A stretch of DNA of 62,924 nucleotides, the filler included, from Pelomyxa schiedti (lineage: Eukaryota > Protista > Evosea): NCBI GenBank assembly GCA_020536535.1. It is 9 parts of 9 records of this genome, joined end to end, with 100 filler letters (N's around TTAATTAATTAA, not from the genome) between each part and the next. Parts side by side here need not be neighbours in the genome. Positions count along the whole stretch, not along the records: positions 37,771 to 39,536 come from JAHLWZ010002283.1; positions 39,637 to 40,848 come from JAHLWZ010002691.1; positions 40,949 to 60,562 come from JAHLWZ010001105.1; 6 more parts are not named here. One strand, 5' to 3'. The translations under genes were made by a program, and so were the position numbers. The notes beneath the pieces were generated by a model that was not told the origin of the DNA, did no database searches, and saw nothing but the letters and a program-made list of their open reading frames with translations. Shown here piece after piece: positions 38,058-48,804 of this stretch. Each line of letters opens with the position of its first letter. Within the stretch, counting starts at the first letter, position 1.

Positions 38058-38963
38058 AGTAACAACATTATTATGGATGGTGTAAAAAAGAGGTAACACA
38101 CATGCATGTGTGCCTGCAGCGGAAATCAAAACTTTGTTGTCGAATCCTATTGACTTGCTGGGGTTTAAATTGGCCTCATAGCAGAGGCTGCTCGTGAATA
38201 TATAAAGGAAATCATTCCCGCGAGTGACTGTGATGTGGGGTCTCCGTCATAATTTAGAACGAGAGGAAAACGCACCCCCCCCCTATTTTCCTCACTTGTG
38301 AGTGGCTGTGTTCCTTTGTTCAGAGATATCCTCATAGTGTGTTCAAATTTCATCTTGAAACCGCGAGATGCATCTGGGAAAACTTGTGTGGAACCACAGG
38401 CATCAAAGGGAGGAATACTTGGAGATTCCCACCTTGTTCTCCATTTCGAACTGCTTGAGTTTTGCCATTTTTCTCTGGTTACACTGTGTGAGCTGCACTT
38501 GGGAAGGTGAAATAAAGGTATGTCTGCCACACACAGCACATCACGAATTGCTTAGATTTGCACAATTGGAAAACAAGCGGCGTGTGTGTGGTGACTGTTG
38601 AAGTCAGTCATTTTGCGTGCTGTGCGCATAACACATACACATGTTGTCTACGCCACAACAGCGAGAGATCCAGATCCAGATCGCGCAGCTGTGACCACGC
38701 TGCATGCATGGTGTCACACCGCTCGGCCCGCCGCACGACTCGACTGCTGCTGCTGCTGACTTGTGTTGTGCAGGTTGTTTTTTCGAAATTGTGGCCAAAA
38801 CGCGCACACACACAAGGATGCTGGGCTTTGTTGTCACACCCCCCACAAGTCAAAAAAGAAAAAAAGAAAAATCATGTGGAAGAAGAAAAATTTATTATTC
38901 GATTGTATTGTCCGCAGCCGGTTACCCTGCAATGCAGTTATACGAAGGAAAAACCAAACAAAA

Positions 38964-39156
38964 GGGGGGTAGCATTCCCAGTGCAGGGTAACACTCCCCA
39001 CGAAACGAGAAGAAAAACAAAACAAAACTAAAAAAGAAAAAAAGGGGGTAGCATTCCCAGTGCAGGGTAACACTCCCCACGAAACGAGAAAACGAGAGGA
39101 AAAACAAAAGGGGGTAGCATTCCCAGTGCAGGGTAACACTCCCCACGAAACGAGAA
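38964..39156 (-). repeat. Three identical ~47-nt hairpin repeats separated by variable A-rich spacers
   Basis: GGGGGTAGCATTCCCAGTGCAGGGTAACACTCCCCACGAAACGAGAA starting at 38965, 39044 and 39110. Confidence 0.95.
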
Positions 39157-39220
39157 GAAAGAAAAAAACCACAAAACAAAAAAAAAGATGGGAAGAACAG
39201 TGCCTTGCTTGTTGTTGCTA

Positions 39221-39320
<100 letters not shown>

Positions 39321-39650
39321 GTTGGCTGCCCTCTTATGACGCACACTGCATTCCACACTCACTCTCCCTCCAGCCCCCGTATTCCTTTACTCTTAACTTT
39401 GAGTGCCCCTTGCGCAACAACCGAAACTCCTGGTTGATTGAAAGGTTTTTTAATTCCAAGAGGGGGAGTTAAGAAGCCGTAGTGACACAAAGTACTGGAA
39501 ACATGTGCAGATGTAATCACTATGACTATGACGGGGNNNNNNNNNNNNNNNNNNNNNNNNNNNNNNNNNNNNNNNNNNNNTTAATTAATTAANNNNNNNN
39601 NNNNNNNNNNNNNNNNNNNNNNNNNNNNNNNNNNNNTCTTTTTTCCACTT

Positions 39651-40848
39651 GCACTGGGTGGGTGCAGTGAAAACATCTTGGATTAACAGGTTCAGGGTCG
39701 ACTACAGTCATTATTTGAAGGACATAGTAGTAAAAATAATTACCTGGTATCTGAACCAAGAGCGGGATATTCAAAGCAAAGGATCACAGTCACGAAAAAA
39801 GGAGGCAGAATATGTTGGCGACGATTGGTGACAATGTCGGCGACAATCAACGGAAATGGTGGGCACTGTTGGCTACTGTCGTGGCAACAATCGTGGCAAC
39901 AGTGAAACCACAATCGCCAAGAATCACAGACACCATCATCGTAGAGTCGATGAATCCAACAGTGCAGACAACAGTGAAAGGACGGCATTGTACAACAGTT
40001 TCCAAAGCAATACAGAGGTCGGACAATGTGGCAACTACAAAAAATAAAATAAGAAAAAAATGTGAAGGTGCCACCGACATACACTGGTGTGCGTTTGCTC
40101 GTGGAATGAACCAGATTTTTGAACAAAACATGTTCGGAAAACAGTTTCCAACGAAGCAAACATGTTTGCGAAGTTCGTTTGCAAAGTTTGTGTGCAAAGT
40201 TTGTTTGCAAGCGGTTGGGAAGTAAAAAAAACCAAAAAAACCCCAAGTGACGGGCGTTGGTATGTCGGTGCCACCTTCACATTTTTTTCTTATTTTATTT
40301 TTTGTAATTGCCACATTGTTTGACCTCTGTTGTCTGTATTGCTTTGGAAACTGTTGTACAATGCCGTCCTTTCACTGTTGTCTGCACATCGACTCTACGA
40401 TGATGGTGTCTGTGATTCTTGGCGATTGTGGTTTCACTGTTACCATGATTGTTGCCACGACAGTAGCCAACAGTGCCTGCCATTTCCGTCGATCGTCGCC
40501 GACATTGTCACTGATCGTCGCCAACATTGTCACTGATCGTCGCCAACATTGTCACCAATCGTCGCCAACATATTCTGCCTCCTTTTTTCGTGACTGTGAC
40601 CCTTTGCTTTGATTATCCCGCTCTTGATTGGCTTTGTTGTTAGTTGCTTGTCACACTTTCGCGGACTCTGTGATAATCTATCATTGCATCCATGTCAAGG
40701 AGAAGAAACAGTAGGACTATAAGTAAGACAAACCCTAAGGAGGTTCAGATACCAGGTAATTATTTTTACTACTATGTCCTTCAAATAATGACTGTAGTCG
40801 ACCCTGAACCTGTTAATCCAAGATGTTTTCACTGCACCCACCCAGTGC
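39651..40848. mobile_element. Foldback/MITE-like element with long imperfect inverted arms
   Basis: Inner arms 39757-40082 and 40260-40626 are diverged and differ in copy number of a 22-nt unit. Outer arms 39651-39757 and 40742-40848 are identical. Confidence 0.6.
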
Positions 40849-40962
40849 NNNNNNNNNNNNNNNNNNNNNNNNNNNNNNNNNNNNNNNNNNNNTTAATTAA
40901 TTAANNNNNNNNNNNNNNNNNNNNNNNNNNNNNNNNNNNNNNNNNNNNACTATTGCCGAAGG

Positions 40963-42624
40963 GTGCTGATGTTGGCTGCCAACAGTGTGCTGGTGACACC
41001 ACCACCCCTGATGCCACAAACACAACAAGTTCACGAAGAGAAGAAAGCCGAGGAAACGGTGATGAGTGTCGCACAAGAGTGGGAGGAACTCATTGCCTCG
41101 GTATTCGCCATGAGTGATTTTGGTGACACACCCGCAAAGGGGTGCGGCAGACAGGGGGCATGCCAATATTTTGTTGCTTTGTGGACAGCCTGCTGTGGTT
41201 TGGAGAAGACAACAGCATGTGTTCTCCCTCAGATCGTGGGCTGTTGTGTGACACACAACGAACCAACCACACTCTGGTGGGCTTCCACGATGTCACTTGT
41301 TGGTGCATGTTTTGTTGCTGGAATTGCTGTGGACAGGGACACCAGCAAAGCTGCATCACTTTTCAGAAGGGCTTCCGATGCCGGAAATGCCTCTGCAATG
41401 AACAGCCTTGGTGTGTGTTACAAAAATGGCTGTGGTGTTGACAAGGACTTGAACGAGGCTGTGTCACTTTACAGGAGGGCTGCTGATGCTGGAAATATCG
41501 TAGCAATGAACAACCTTGGTTGGTGTTACGAAAGTGGCAATGGTGTTGGCAAGGACATGAACGAGGCTGTGTCACTTTACAGGAGGGCTGCTGATGCTGG
41601 AAGTGCCGATGCAATGTTCAACCTTGGTTTGTGTTACGACACTGGCAATGGTGTTGAGAAGGATATGAACGAGGCTGTTTCACTTTTCAGGAAGGCTGCC
41701 GATGCTGGAAGTGCCTATGCAATGTTCAACCTTGGTTTGTGTTACAAAAATGGCGATGGTGTTGACAAGGATATGAACGAGGCTGTGTCACTTTACAGGA
41801 GGGCTGCTGATGCTGGATGTGCCTCTGCAATGAACAGCCTTGGTTTGTGTTACCACAATGGCAATGGTGTTGAGAAGGATATGAACGAGGCTGTTTCACT
41901 TTTCAGGAAGGCTGCTGATGCTGGAGATACCGATGCAATGTTCAACCTTGGTTGGTGTTACGAAAGTGGCGATGGTGTTTACAAGGATATGAACGAGGCT
42001 GTGTCACTTTTCAGGAAGGCTGCTGATGCTGGAAGTGCCTCTGCAATGAACAGCCTTGGTTTGTGTTACCAAAATGGCAATGGTGTTGAGAAGGACATGA
42101 AGAAGGCTGTGTCACTTTTCAGGAAGGCTGCTGATGCTGGAAATATCGTTGCAATGTTCAACCTTGGTTGGTGTTACCAAAATGGCAATGGTGTTGAGAA
42201 GGACATGAACGAGGCTGTGTCACTTTACAGGAAGGCTGCTGATGCTGGAGATTCCGATGCAATGTTCAACCTTGGTGTGTGTTACGAAAATGGCGATGGT
42301 GTTTACAAGGATATGAACGAGGCTGTGTCACTTTACAGGAGGGCTGCTGATGCTGGAAATATTGTTGCAATGGTCAACCTTGGTTCGTGTTACCACAATG
42401 GGAATGGTGTCGACAAGGACATGAACGAGGCTGTGTCACTTTTCAGGAAGGCTGCTGATGCTGGAGATACCGATGCAATGTTCAACCTTGGTGTGTGTTA
42501 CGAATACGGCAATGGTGTGAAGATGGATGTTGGGGTAGCGAACACCTTTTACCGTCGGGCAGCTGCTGAGGGGTGTCCGGCTGCTCTGGCCGGTCTATCG
42601 AAACGACCCACCCAGACGAGCTAA
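40963..42624 (+). CDS. Sel1-like repeat protein, 12 x 36-aa repeats, intronless
   Basis: AMxNLGxCYxxGxGVxKDMNEAVSLxRxAADAG, with a 108-bp DNA period. Start uncertain because it lies next to a spacer. Confidence 0.93.
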   Translation: MLMLAANSVLVTPPPLMPQTQQVHEEKKAEETVMSVAQEWEELIASVFAMSDFGDTPAKGCGRQGACQYFVALWTACCGLEKTTACVLPQIVGCCVTHNEPTTLWWASTMSLVGACFVAGIAVDRDTSKAASLFRRASDAGNASAMNSLGVCYKNGCGVDKDLNEAVSLYRRAADAGNIVAMNNLGWCYESGNGVGKDMNEAVSLYRRAADAGSADAMFNLGLCYDTGNGVEKDMNEAVSLFRKAADAGSAYAMFNLGLCYKNGDGVDKDMNEAVSLYRRAADAGCASAMNSLGLCYHNGNGVEKDMNEAVSLFRKAADAGDTDAMFNLGWCYESGDGVYKDMNEAVSLFRKAADAGSASAMNSLGLCYQNGNGVEKDMKKAVSLFRKAADAGNIVAMFNLGWCYQNGNGVEKDMNEAVSLYRKAADAGDSDAMFNLGVCYENGDGVYKDMNEAVSLYRRAADAGNIVAMVNLGSCYHNGNGVDKDMNEAVSLFRKAADAGDTDAMFNLGVCYEYGNGVKMDVGVANTFYRRAAAEGCPAALAGLSKRPTQTS

Positions 42625-42701
42625 CATCAGCCTCATCTATTTTTCTTTACCGCAGTTGCGAGTCTTTAATTAAAACTCATTTTTCAGACGCGTCTACGGA
42701 G

Positions 42702-45700
42702 ATGGGTGACTTGCGTCGGTCTCTGCACAAGCTCGGAATCGACGGCGAGGGACTCGGGGACCTCGCCCGGCCCGTGGCCTCCAACAACGACAACAGGCGA
42801 GGCGGCACCTCGTCCCGCGCCCGCGGGCGCGGCTTTGGGCGGGGACCCAGAGGCGGGCGAGGAGGGGCCAAGGCAACCGGCAAGGCGCCGGCCGAAGGAG
42901 CCGAAGGCGGTGCGGTCGGCGACGGCGCCGCCGACCAAGCGGGGGTTCCGCAGATGGAAGACGACAAGAAGAAGCGCTCCTGGGGGGTCCTGATGGAGGG
43001 CGTGCGGGAGAAGGACCGCGACGAGCGGCGCGCCGCCCGGGCCAGGGCCAGGGGGGGGCCGGCCGAGGGGGCCGAAGAGGGCGCGGAGGGGGGCGACGGC
43101 AGCGGGGGGGACGAAAGCGAAAGCGAGAGCGACGACGAGGCGGTGGGGCCGGCGGGGAGGAGGACGAGCAGGGACGGGAGGAGGATCGGGTGCACGAGGG
43201 TGTTTATCAAGAACCTACCAAAGCACACGACGTCGGAGAGGCTGAGGAAGCACTTGGAGACTGTGGCTGAGCACATCACCGACTGCAAAGTTATGTACTC
43301 TAGGTGTGTGTCTCTCTCTCTCTTTTTTTTTCTTTTTCACATTTCGTTTGGCACGTTTTTGGTTTCTTGTTTTTGGTTGATAAACTAAACTCCAATTTAT
43401 AAATGAAGGGACCTCGCCATGTAGTGCGTTGGCGTGGCACTAACTGTTTGTAGCTCTGGCAAATCACGTTTGTTTGCGTATGCTGGCTTCAAAACAGCAC
43501 ACGATGCAAAGAATGTCATCAAAAAACTAAATAAGACTTATCTTGACACATCATTAATCACTTTAGAGAGAGCAAAGCCGGTTTTTTATCACGTCAATCT
43601 CCCTTACCGCAGTCTAACCCTAAATCAGTTCGGTGACACAACTCTCCCTCGTCCCTGGAGCAGATATTCTGTGGGGAGCTCAGCCTACCTGAAGCAGCAC
43701 CCAAACCTAAAATTCACAACAAAGAAGACCGAACACACCCCTGCGAACAGGCCCACAATAAAGCCTCCCGCTGACGGTAATTTCCATCTGTGAACACAAA
43801 CAATGAGAGCAGCATTCACATTCTCACCTCTTCCAGTAAAAGTGGCTGATCCCACAACCAAGCAACTTCTTGAGAAGTTCTTGAAAGCCATGGCTCCTGC
43901 AAACGGGCAAACTTGGTCCAATGAACCAGATGCACAACGCGTGGAAAATTGGGGCGGCATTGGCAAAGAAGAGAAAAAAGAAGCTCCGGAGAGCACTCCA
44001 GAAGTGACTACAGACGTATCTACCACTACATCTGAAACCTCCTCTGCGTCTACCACCACCACTCCTGTAACACCAAGTGCAGAAACAACAGCCACTGGAA
44101 AACGTGCTCCTCCAGGGCCGGCAGATGCCAGTGCCCCAGGTCGGAAAGTCCCCAGACTTGTATGTTGGCCCTCCGTAATCAAACCGCAATCAATTGATTT
44201 GGTAATGTTAACTAGGCAGGGAAAGTTGCAAAGGAAGTTCAGTGGGACACGGGGCGCCTTTTCATTAGAAATCTCCCCTTCACCATGACGGAAGACGAGC
44301 TCACTCACTTATGTTCGCCATATGGCAAAGTGATGAGTGTGCACATCCCTGTTGACATTCAGTCCAAAGTCTCCAAGGGGTTTGCCTTTGTTCGCTTTGA
44401 GTCATTGGAAGAATCCCTACGAGTATATATTTCCACACATTTTTTGCGTGTGCCACATCAATTTCTCACAGGCGTACAATGCACTGGATGCCAGTATTGT
44501 TCAAGGGAGGCTGTTGCATGTTCTTCCAGCAGCTCCAGAAGAAAAGACCACCAAGGTCGGCGATGACCCTAAGCACAAAGTGGAAGGTTCTTCGTCGGCG
44601 TACAAAAGAGAGCACCAAAAGGACCTCGAAAACACTGCTGGATATTCATTCAACTGGAATTCGATGTTTTTACGGGTGAGCCATTTATGCAACCGGACTT
44701 GAGTAGAATTACTAACCGTGGTGAAGCAAGATGCTGTTGCATCCGCAATGTCACACAAGATGTCCATGTCCAAGTCAGACCTTCTAGATAAAGCAGCAAG
44801 TAACCTGGCAGTGAGGATGTCGCTTGCGGAAACAAATATCATTACTGAGACAAAGAACTATCTCAAGGAAGTAGGTCACATCCCAGTCTAGATGACACAC
44901 TCTTATCTAAAAAACAAAGAATGGCGTCAATGTGAGTTCTTTGGAGCAGGGACCCCGTTGTGCGAGGTCAGGCACAACGATCCTCGTTAAAAACTTGCCC
45001 GCAACCACCGAAATCCCAGAGTTGCAAAGCATGTTCGAAAAGTATGGAGGCATAAGTCGGGTATCTAGTTTAGCATCCATCGTTTCAAATCCCTCTTTTT
45101 TTTTCCCTTGTTGCTTAACTCCTCCAGGTTCTCGTTCCTCCCAGCAAAGCGTTAGCTGTTGTTGAGTACAATGCCCCAACAGATGCGCGCACAGCGTTTA
45201 AATCTCTTGCCTACACAAGATATCATGTATTTATGGTGCATTTTTGCATAAATTTTGACTTGGTTGTAGGCATCACCACTGTTTTTGGAGTGGGCACCAA
45301 AAGACATTTTTACTCTGCCCAATGAAATGGATGCGGCACAAGCAATTGGTCACTTTGCGCTTTTTAGAGAGTCGACTTCTTTGAAGTACCAACCAAAATT
45401 GCAGATTCTCGTGAGGAGCCTGAACCCGAACCTGAAAAAACAGATGCAACAGAGGAAAATGAAGATCCCAATGACCCCTCTAAGATTTGCACCGTGATGG
45501 TTAAAAACCTTAGCTTCGAAACCACGGAGGATGATTTATTTTCCGTTTTTGGCAAAGTAAGTCAAGTAATGTTCGGGTATCCATCACCACTCACCATTGT
45601 TTACAGTATGGAGTTGTCAAAAGTGCGAAAATTGCCAAAACCTCTGGTGGAGACGGCAACGAACAGAAGTCTCTTGGCTTTGGCTTCGTCGAATACGCGG

Positions 45701-46274
45701 ACCACTTATTTGCTGTTGAAGCGTTGAAACAAGGACAAGTATCCGCCCTTCCCAGGAGCGTCTTATCGCTGACCAACTCTGTAGGGAATCAACGTAGACG
45801 GGAGATCCCTGTCCCTGGAGTTTGCCAGGAAAAGAATCAAAGGTGGAGAAGCAGCCGCTGCAGCTTCCCTTGCCAAGAGGAAAGAAACTGCTGATGTACC
45901 CAAGTCACCAAAGGTATAAAGCCAACCTCTCTGAAGAGGGGTGGACAAACCAAGACTCAACTCACAAATCCTGCTAGATTATCATTAGGAATGTTGCCTT
46001 CCAAGCAACCGAGAAGGAACTCACCGACCTTGTTGGGTATCACTCCTCACCACTTAACCGCGTTCATTCACTTCGTGTTCTAACTCTGATTCTTTCTCCC
46101 AGTGCCATTGCCCAAGTGAAGAGTGTGAGGTTACCAAGGAAGTTTGATGGCAGCCACAGAGGATTTGCCTTTGTGGAGTTCCTCTCCACAGCGGAGGCTT
46201 CTACCGCCGTCGAGGCACTCAAGGACACTCACTTCTACGGCAGGCACTTGAGCATAGAATACGCCAAGGCATAA
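42702..46274 (+). CDS. MRD1: Multiple-RRM ribosome biogenesis protein MRD1/RBM19
   Basis: TRVFIKNLP, GKSRLFAYAGF, LPRPWSRYS, DTGRLFIRNLPF, QGRLLHVLPA, NWNSMF, AVRMSLAET, PLFLEWAP, IIRNVAFQAT, HFYGRHL. Confidence 0.93.
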
Positions 46275-46339
46275 CCAGTACCCCACGTGTAAAAAAAAAA
46301 CCCTCTTCTTGTTCTCAGCATTGAACATTTACGGGAACA

Positions 46340-47746
46340 ATGGAGGGACGAAACGAGAGGGCGCACGAAGGTGACGACGAAACAGCCCCATCACAACGAC
46401 CCTCAAAAAGAAGCAGGGTGTCAAGTTCGGACAATGAATCGAGGCCCACAGGAAATTGTACGCAACGGCAACAACGACCACGACCAGCGGGTCTAGTGGC
46501 CAGTGTTTCACTTTGTGCCCGTGACCAATTCGTTGCAGTGCTGATTATGGGACACCCTCGCTGCGGGCGATTGTCCGCCTCGCCAGGCTTGGCACTGCAA
46601 CTCAACCAACAACGACAACAACAACAGCAGCAGGAGGCACACTGCTCGTCGCTGTTTCTGGCTATGAGGCTTGTGTGGGGGTACTGCCGCGAGCTTCTGA
46701 GGTTCTTTTCTGTGTCGATCATGAACTGGCCGACAAGCTGGGTGGTTGCGTTCAACGTGTCGCCGCTGCTGAGTTCGATTATGGGTCATGTGCAGTGGCA
46801 CTGGACTGACCTGCAAAGCCAAAACCACTACTTGGTGGCTGTGAATGTGCACAATGCAGTGGAAATGTGGGGCAGGAGGGACGAGGATTCGTTCTATCTA
46901 AGGAACATCGAGAGTGGAACGACCCGGCCCTTGGTGTATGGGGATAAGCTCGTGAGACAACATGTCACTAATGGCAAGTGGTTTGTATATGTAACTGAAA
47001 GCCTGTCATCCCTTATAATTGCAAATGTGTGGGAGCGGGATATTCAGGGAGGACCTGTTGCATGTGACGTTAGCTTGCCAGTTCGTCAGCACTCGGGTAG
47101 AAGACTTATCTGCAACCGCGTGTGCCTTGATGAAGTACTTTTATGCACTGTTGGCTATGAAAGCAGTTCCACTGTCGAACTGACCCTGCTTCAAGTTGAG
47201 CAAACCTGGGAAACAAAAAAATTAACAGTACTGAGTTCTACTAGATTCCGGGCCCAAAGTCCGGATCTTTGGAATGCCTTGGTGCTCTACAAAAGCAGTG
47301 GTGCACGCACTTTTGTTGTAATTTGGCAAGAAACCACACGAGGGCCCACTTTAATTCGCATAGTTGAAGAGGGCACTGAATCAACAAAGGATACTGATGC
47401 TCAATTTCTGCAAACCGGACTTGAGAGTCCCAGCCGGATATGGCAGATTAGCAGCTCTCTTTTTTGTGTTGTATCTCAGACCCAGATTGGGAACCCACCA
47501 ATACTCGAAGTCTGGGACATAAACAGAATCACACGTGGATCCCAGAAGTTGATAAATTGCAGTGATGACACTGTGGATGTGATGGCTGAATGTTGGTTTC
47601 TTTTCAGCACTCTTGGCTCTGATCGCTCCAAAGTTGAAGTCATTGATGCATCAACTGGGGGGAAGATCCTAACTCTGTCAAACCACAACATGGGGTTCCC
47701 CATTAGCGTCCATGGCTTGTTTTCATTTTATTGTGATTCATTCTAG
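46340..47746 (+). CDS. Lineage-specific protein with ARDQF...HPRCG..S motif, intronless
   Basis: 468-aa ORF. Shares the N-terminal motif, N[GS]KW and a C-terminal DxxxGxxxL segment with 35786-36999. Confidence 0.75.
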   Translation: MEGRNERAHEGDDETAPSQRPSKRSRVSSSDNESRPTGNCTQRQQRPRPAGLVASVSLCARDQFVAVLIMGHPRCGRLSASPGLALQLNQQRQQQQQQEAHCSSLFLAMRLVWGYCRELLRFFSVSIMNWPTSWVVAFNVSPLLSSIMGHVQWHWTDLQSQNHYLVAVNVHNAVEMWGRRDEDSFYLRNIESGTTRPLVYGDKLVRQHVTNGKWFVYVTESLSSLIIANVWERDIQGGPVACDVSLPVRQHSGRRLICNRVCLDEVLLCTVGYESSSTVELTLLQVEQTWETKKLTVLSSTRFRAQSPDLWNALVLYKSSGARTFVVIWQETTRGPTLIRIVEEGTESTKDTDAQFLQTGLESPSRIWQISSSLFCVVSQTQIGNPPILEVWDINRITRGSQKLINCSDDTVDVMAECWFLFSTLGSDRSKVEVIDASTGGKILTLSNHNMGFPISVHGLFSFYCDSF

Positions 47747-47796
47747 GTTGAAAAGAAAAAGAAGAATTCGTTGCTTCTTTTTACATTCCTTCTGGT

Positions 47797-48673
47797 TTAT
47801 GGGAAGAACTTTGTGTGCAGACCCCAAGCAATGAGTTCAAAGGATGAAACGAAGTGTTCTTGTGCGGGGTTTTCCACAGACCCAGTTCGAGCTGCCCTGA
47901 TGACTGCAATTGCCTTCTGTCCATTGAACCCACCTTCAGGCCCGCGTAGAGCCAGAAGCACGCATGCAGCCAGTGTGCCGGTCCTGCCGAGTCCCCCAAG
48001 GCAGTGTATGACCACAGTCCTGCCGTCCTTGAGGTGCTGGATGATGGACGAGACCAGTTCCACGTAGCCTGGAAGGGTTTGGCTTGTGGGCGCTGAGCCG
48101 TCGGGAAGGGGCCAGTGGATGCTTTTGATTCCTGTGCGGGAATTAGCATGATAAGGAGGAGATGGAGTATGAAGAAAGGAGGACTGAAGAGGGGTTTGTG
48201 TATTGTTTTTTTTTTCAAGGATGATATGGGAAGGAGTGGCATACCGATGGATTCGGCTGTTGTGAAAAGATGGGAGATTTTTATGTTGGCCATTTCGAAA
48301 GGCTCCATCAGTGTGACTAGAACAGAGGTGCCATATGCATTCTTCAAAGTGGTAAGGTCCTTGAGTACATCACGCTCCCAGTTAACTCCGGTCATAGACC
48401 CAGTTTGGACTTTGCCAGGTGCCAAACTTCATATTTGATTGTGAAAATGCAGAATGCATGAAACAAAAGTGATAGTAACGAAAGAAGGTATAAGTAAAAA
48501 AAAAAAGAAGAAAGGAAAAAAGTACGTGAGACCTAAGGGTGTCAATAAACAAAAATAGGAAGAACCCAAGCAAAAAAAGGGGGGAAAAAGGTACCCATTT
48601 TTCCACTGACATTGGCAGGCAGAGGAACCAAGTTGGCGTAGATTGGGTGTGTGTCGGACGTCCTCGTCGTCAT
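47797..48673 (-). CDS. CDKN3-family (cysteine-based) protein phosphatase
   Basis: MTTRTSDTHPI..., MG|LT|LAPGK via a 7-nt exon, WERDVLKDL, HWPLPDG, HCLGGLGRTG, RTGSVEN. Confidence 0.88.
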
Positions 48674-48804
48674 TCGTGTGAGGTTTGGTTTTTTTTCTTC
48701 TTCGTGGCAGTTTTCAGGAAACGCTTCGATCTTATCTCCAACTATTGATGGGTTTTTTTTTTCCGCCTTTGTTTTCGTAAACCCTTTCTATTCTAAAGAA
48801 ACGA

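Noticed and set aside
38964-39156. CRISPR array, or iron-responsive elements (C-N5-CAGTGC on +)
   Set aside because: Spacers are low-complexity, there are no cas genes, and the context is eukaryotic. The IRE upper stem pairs poorly and the hairpin folds better on the minus strand.
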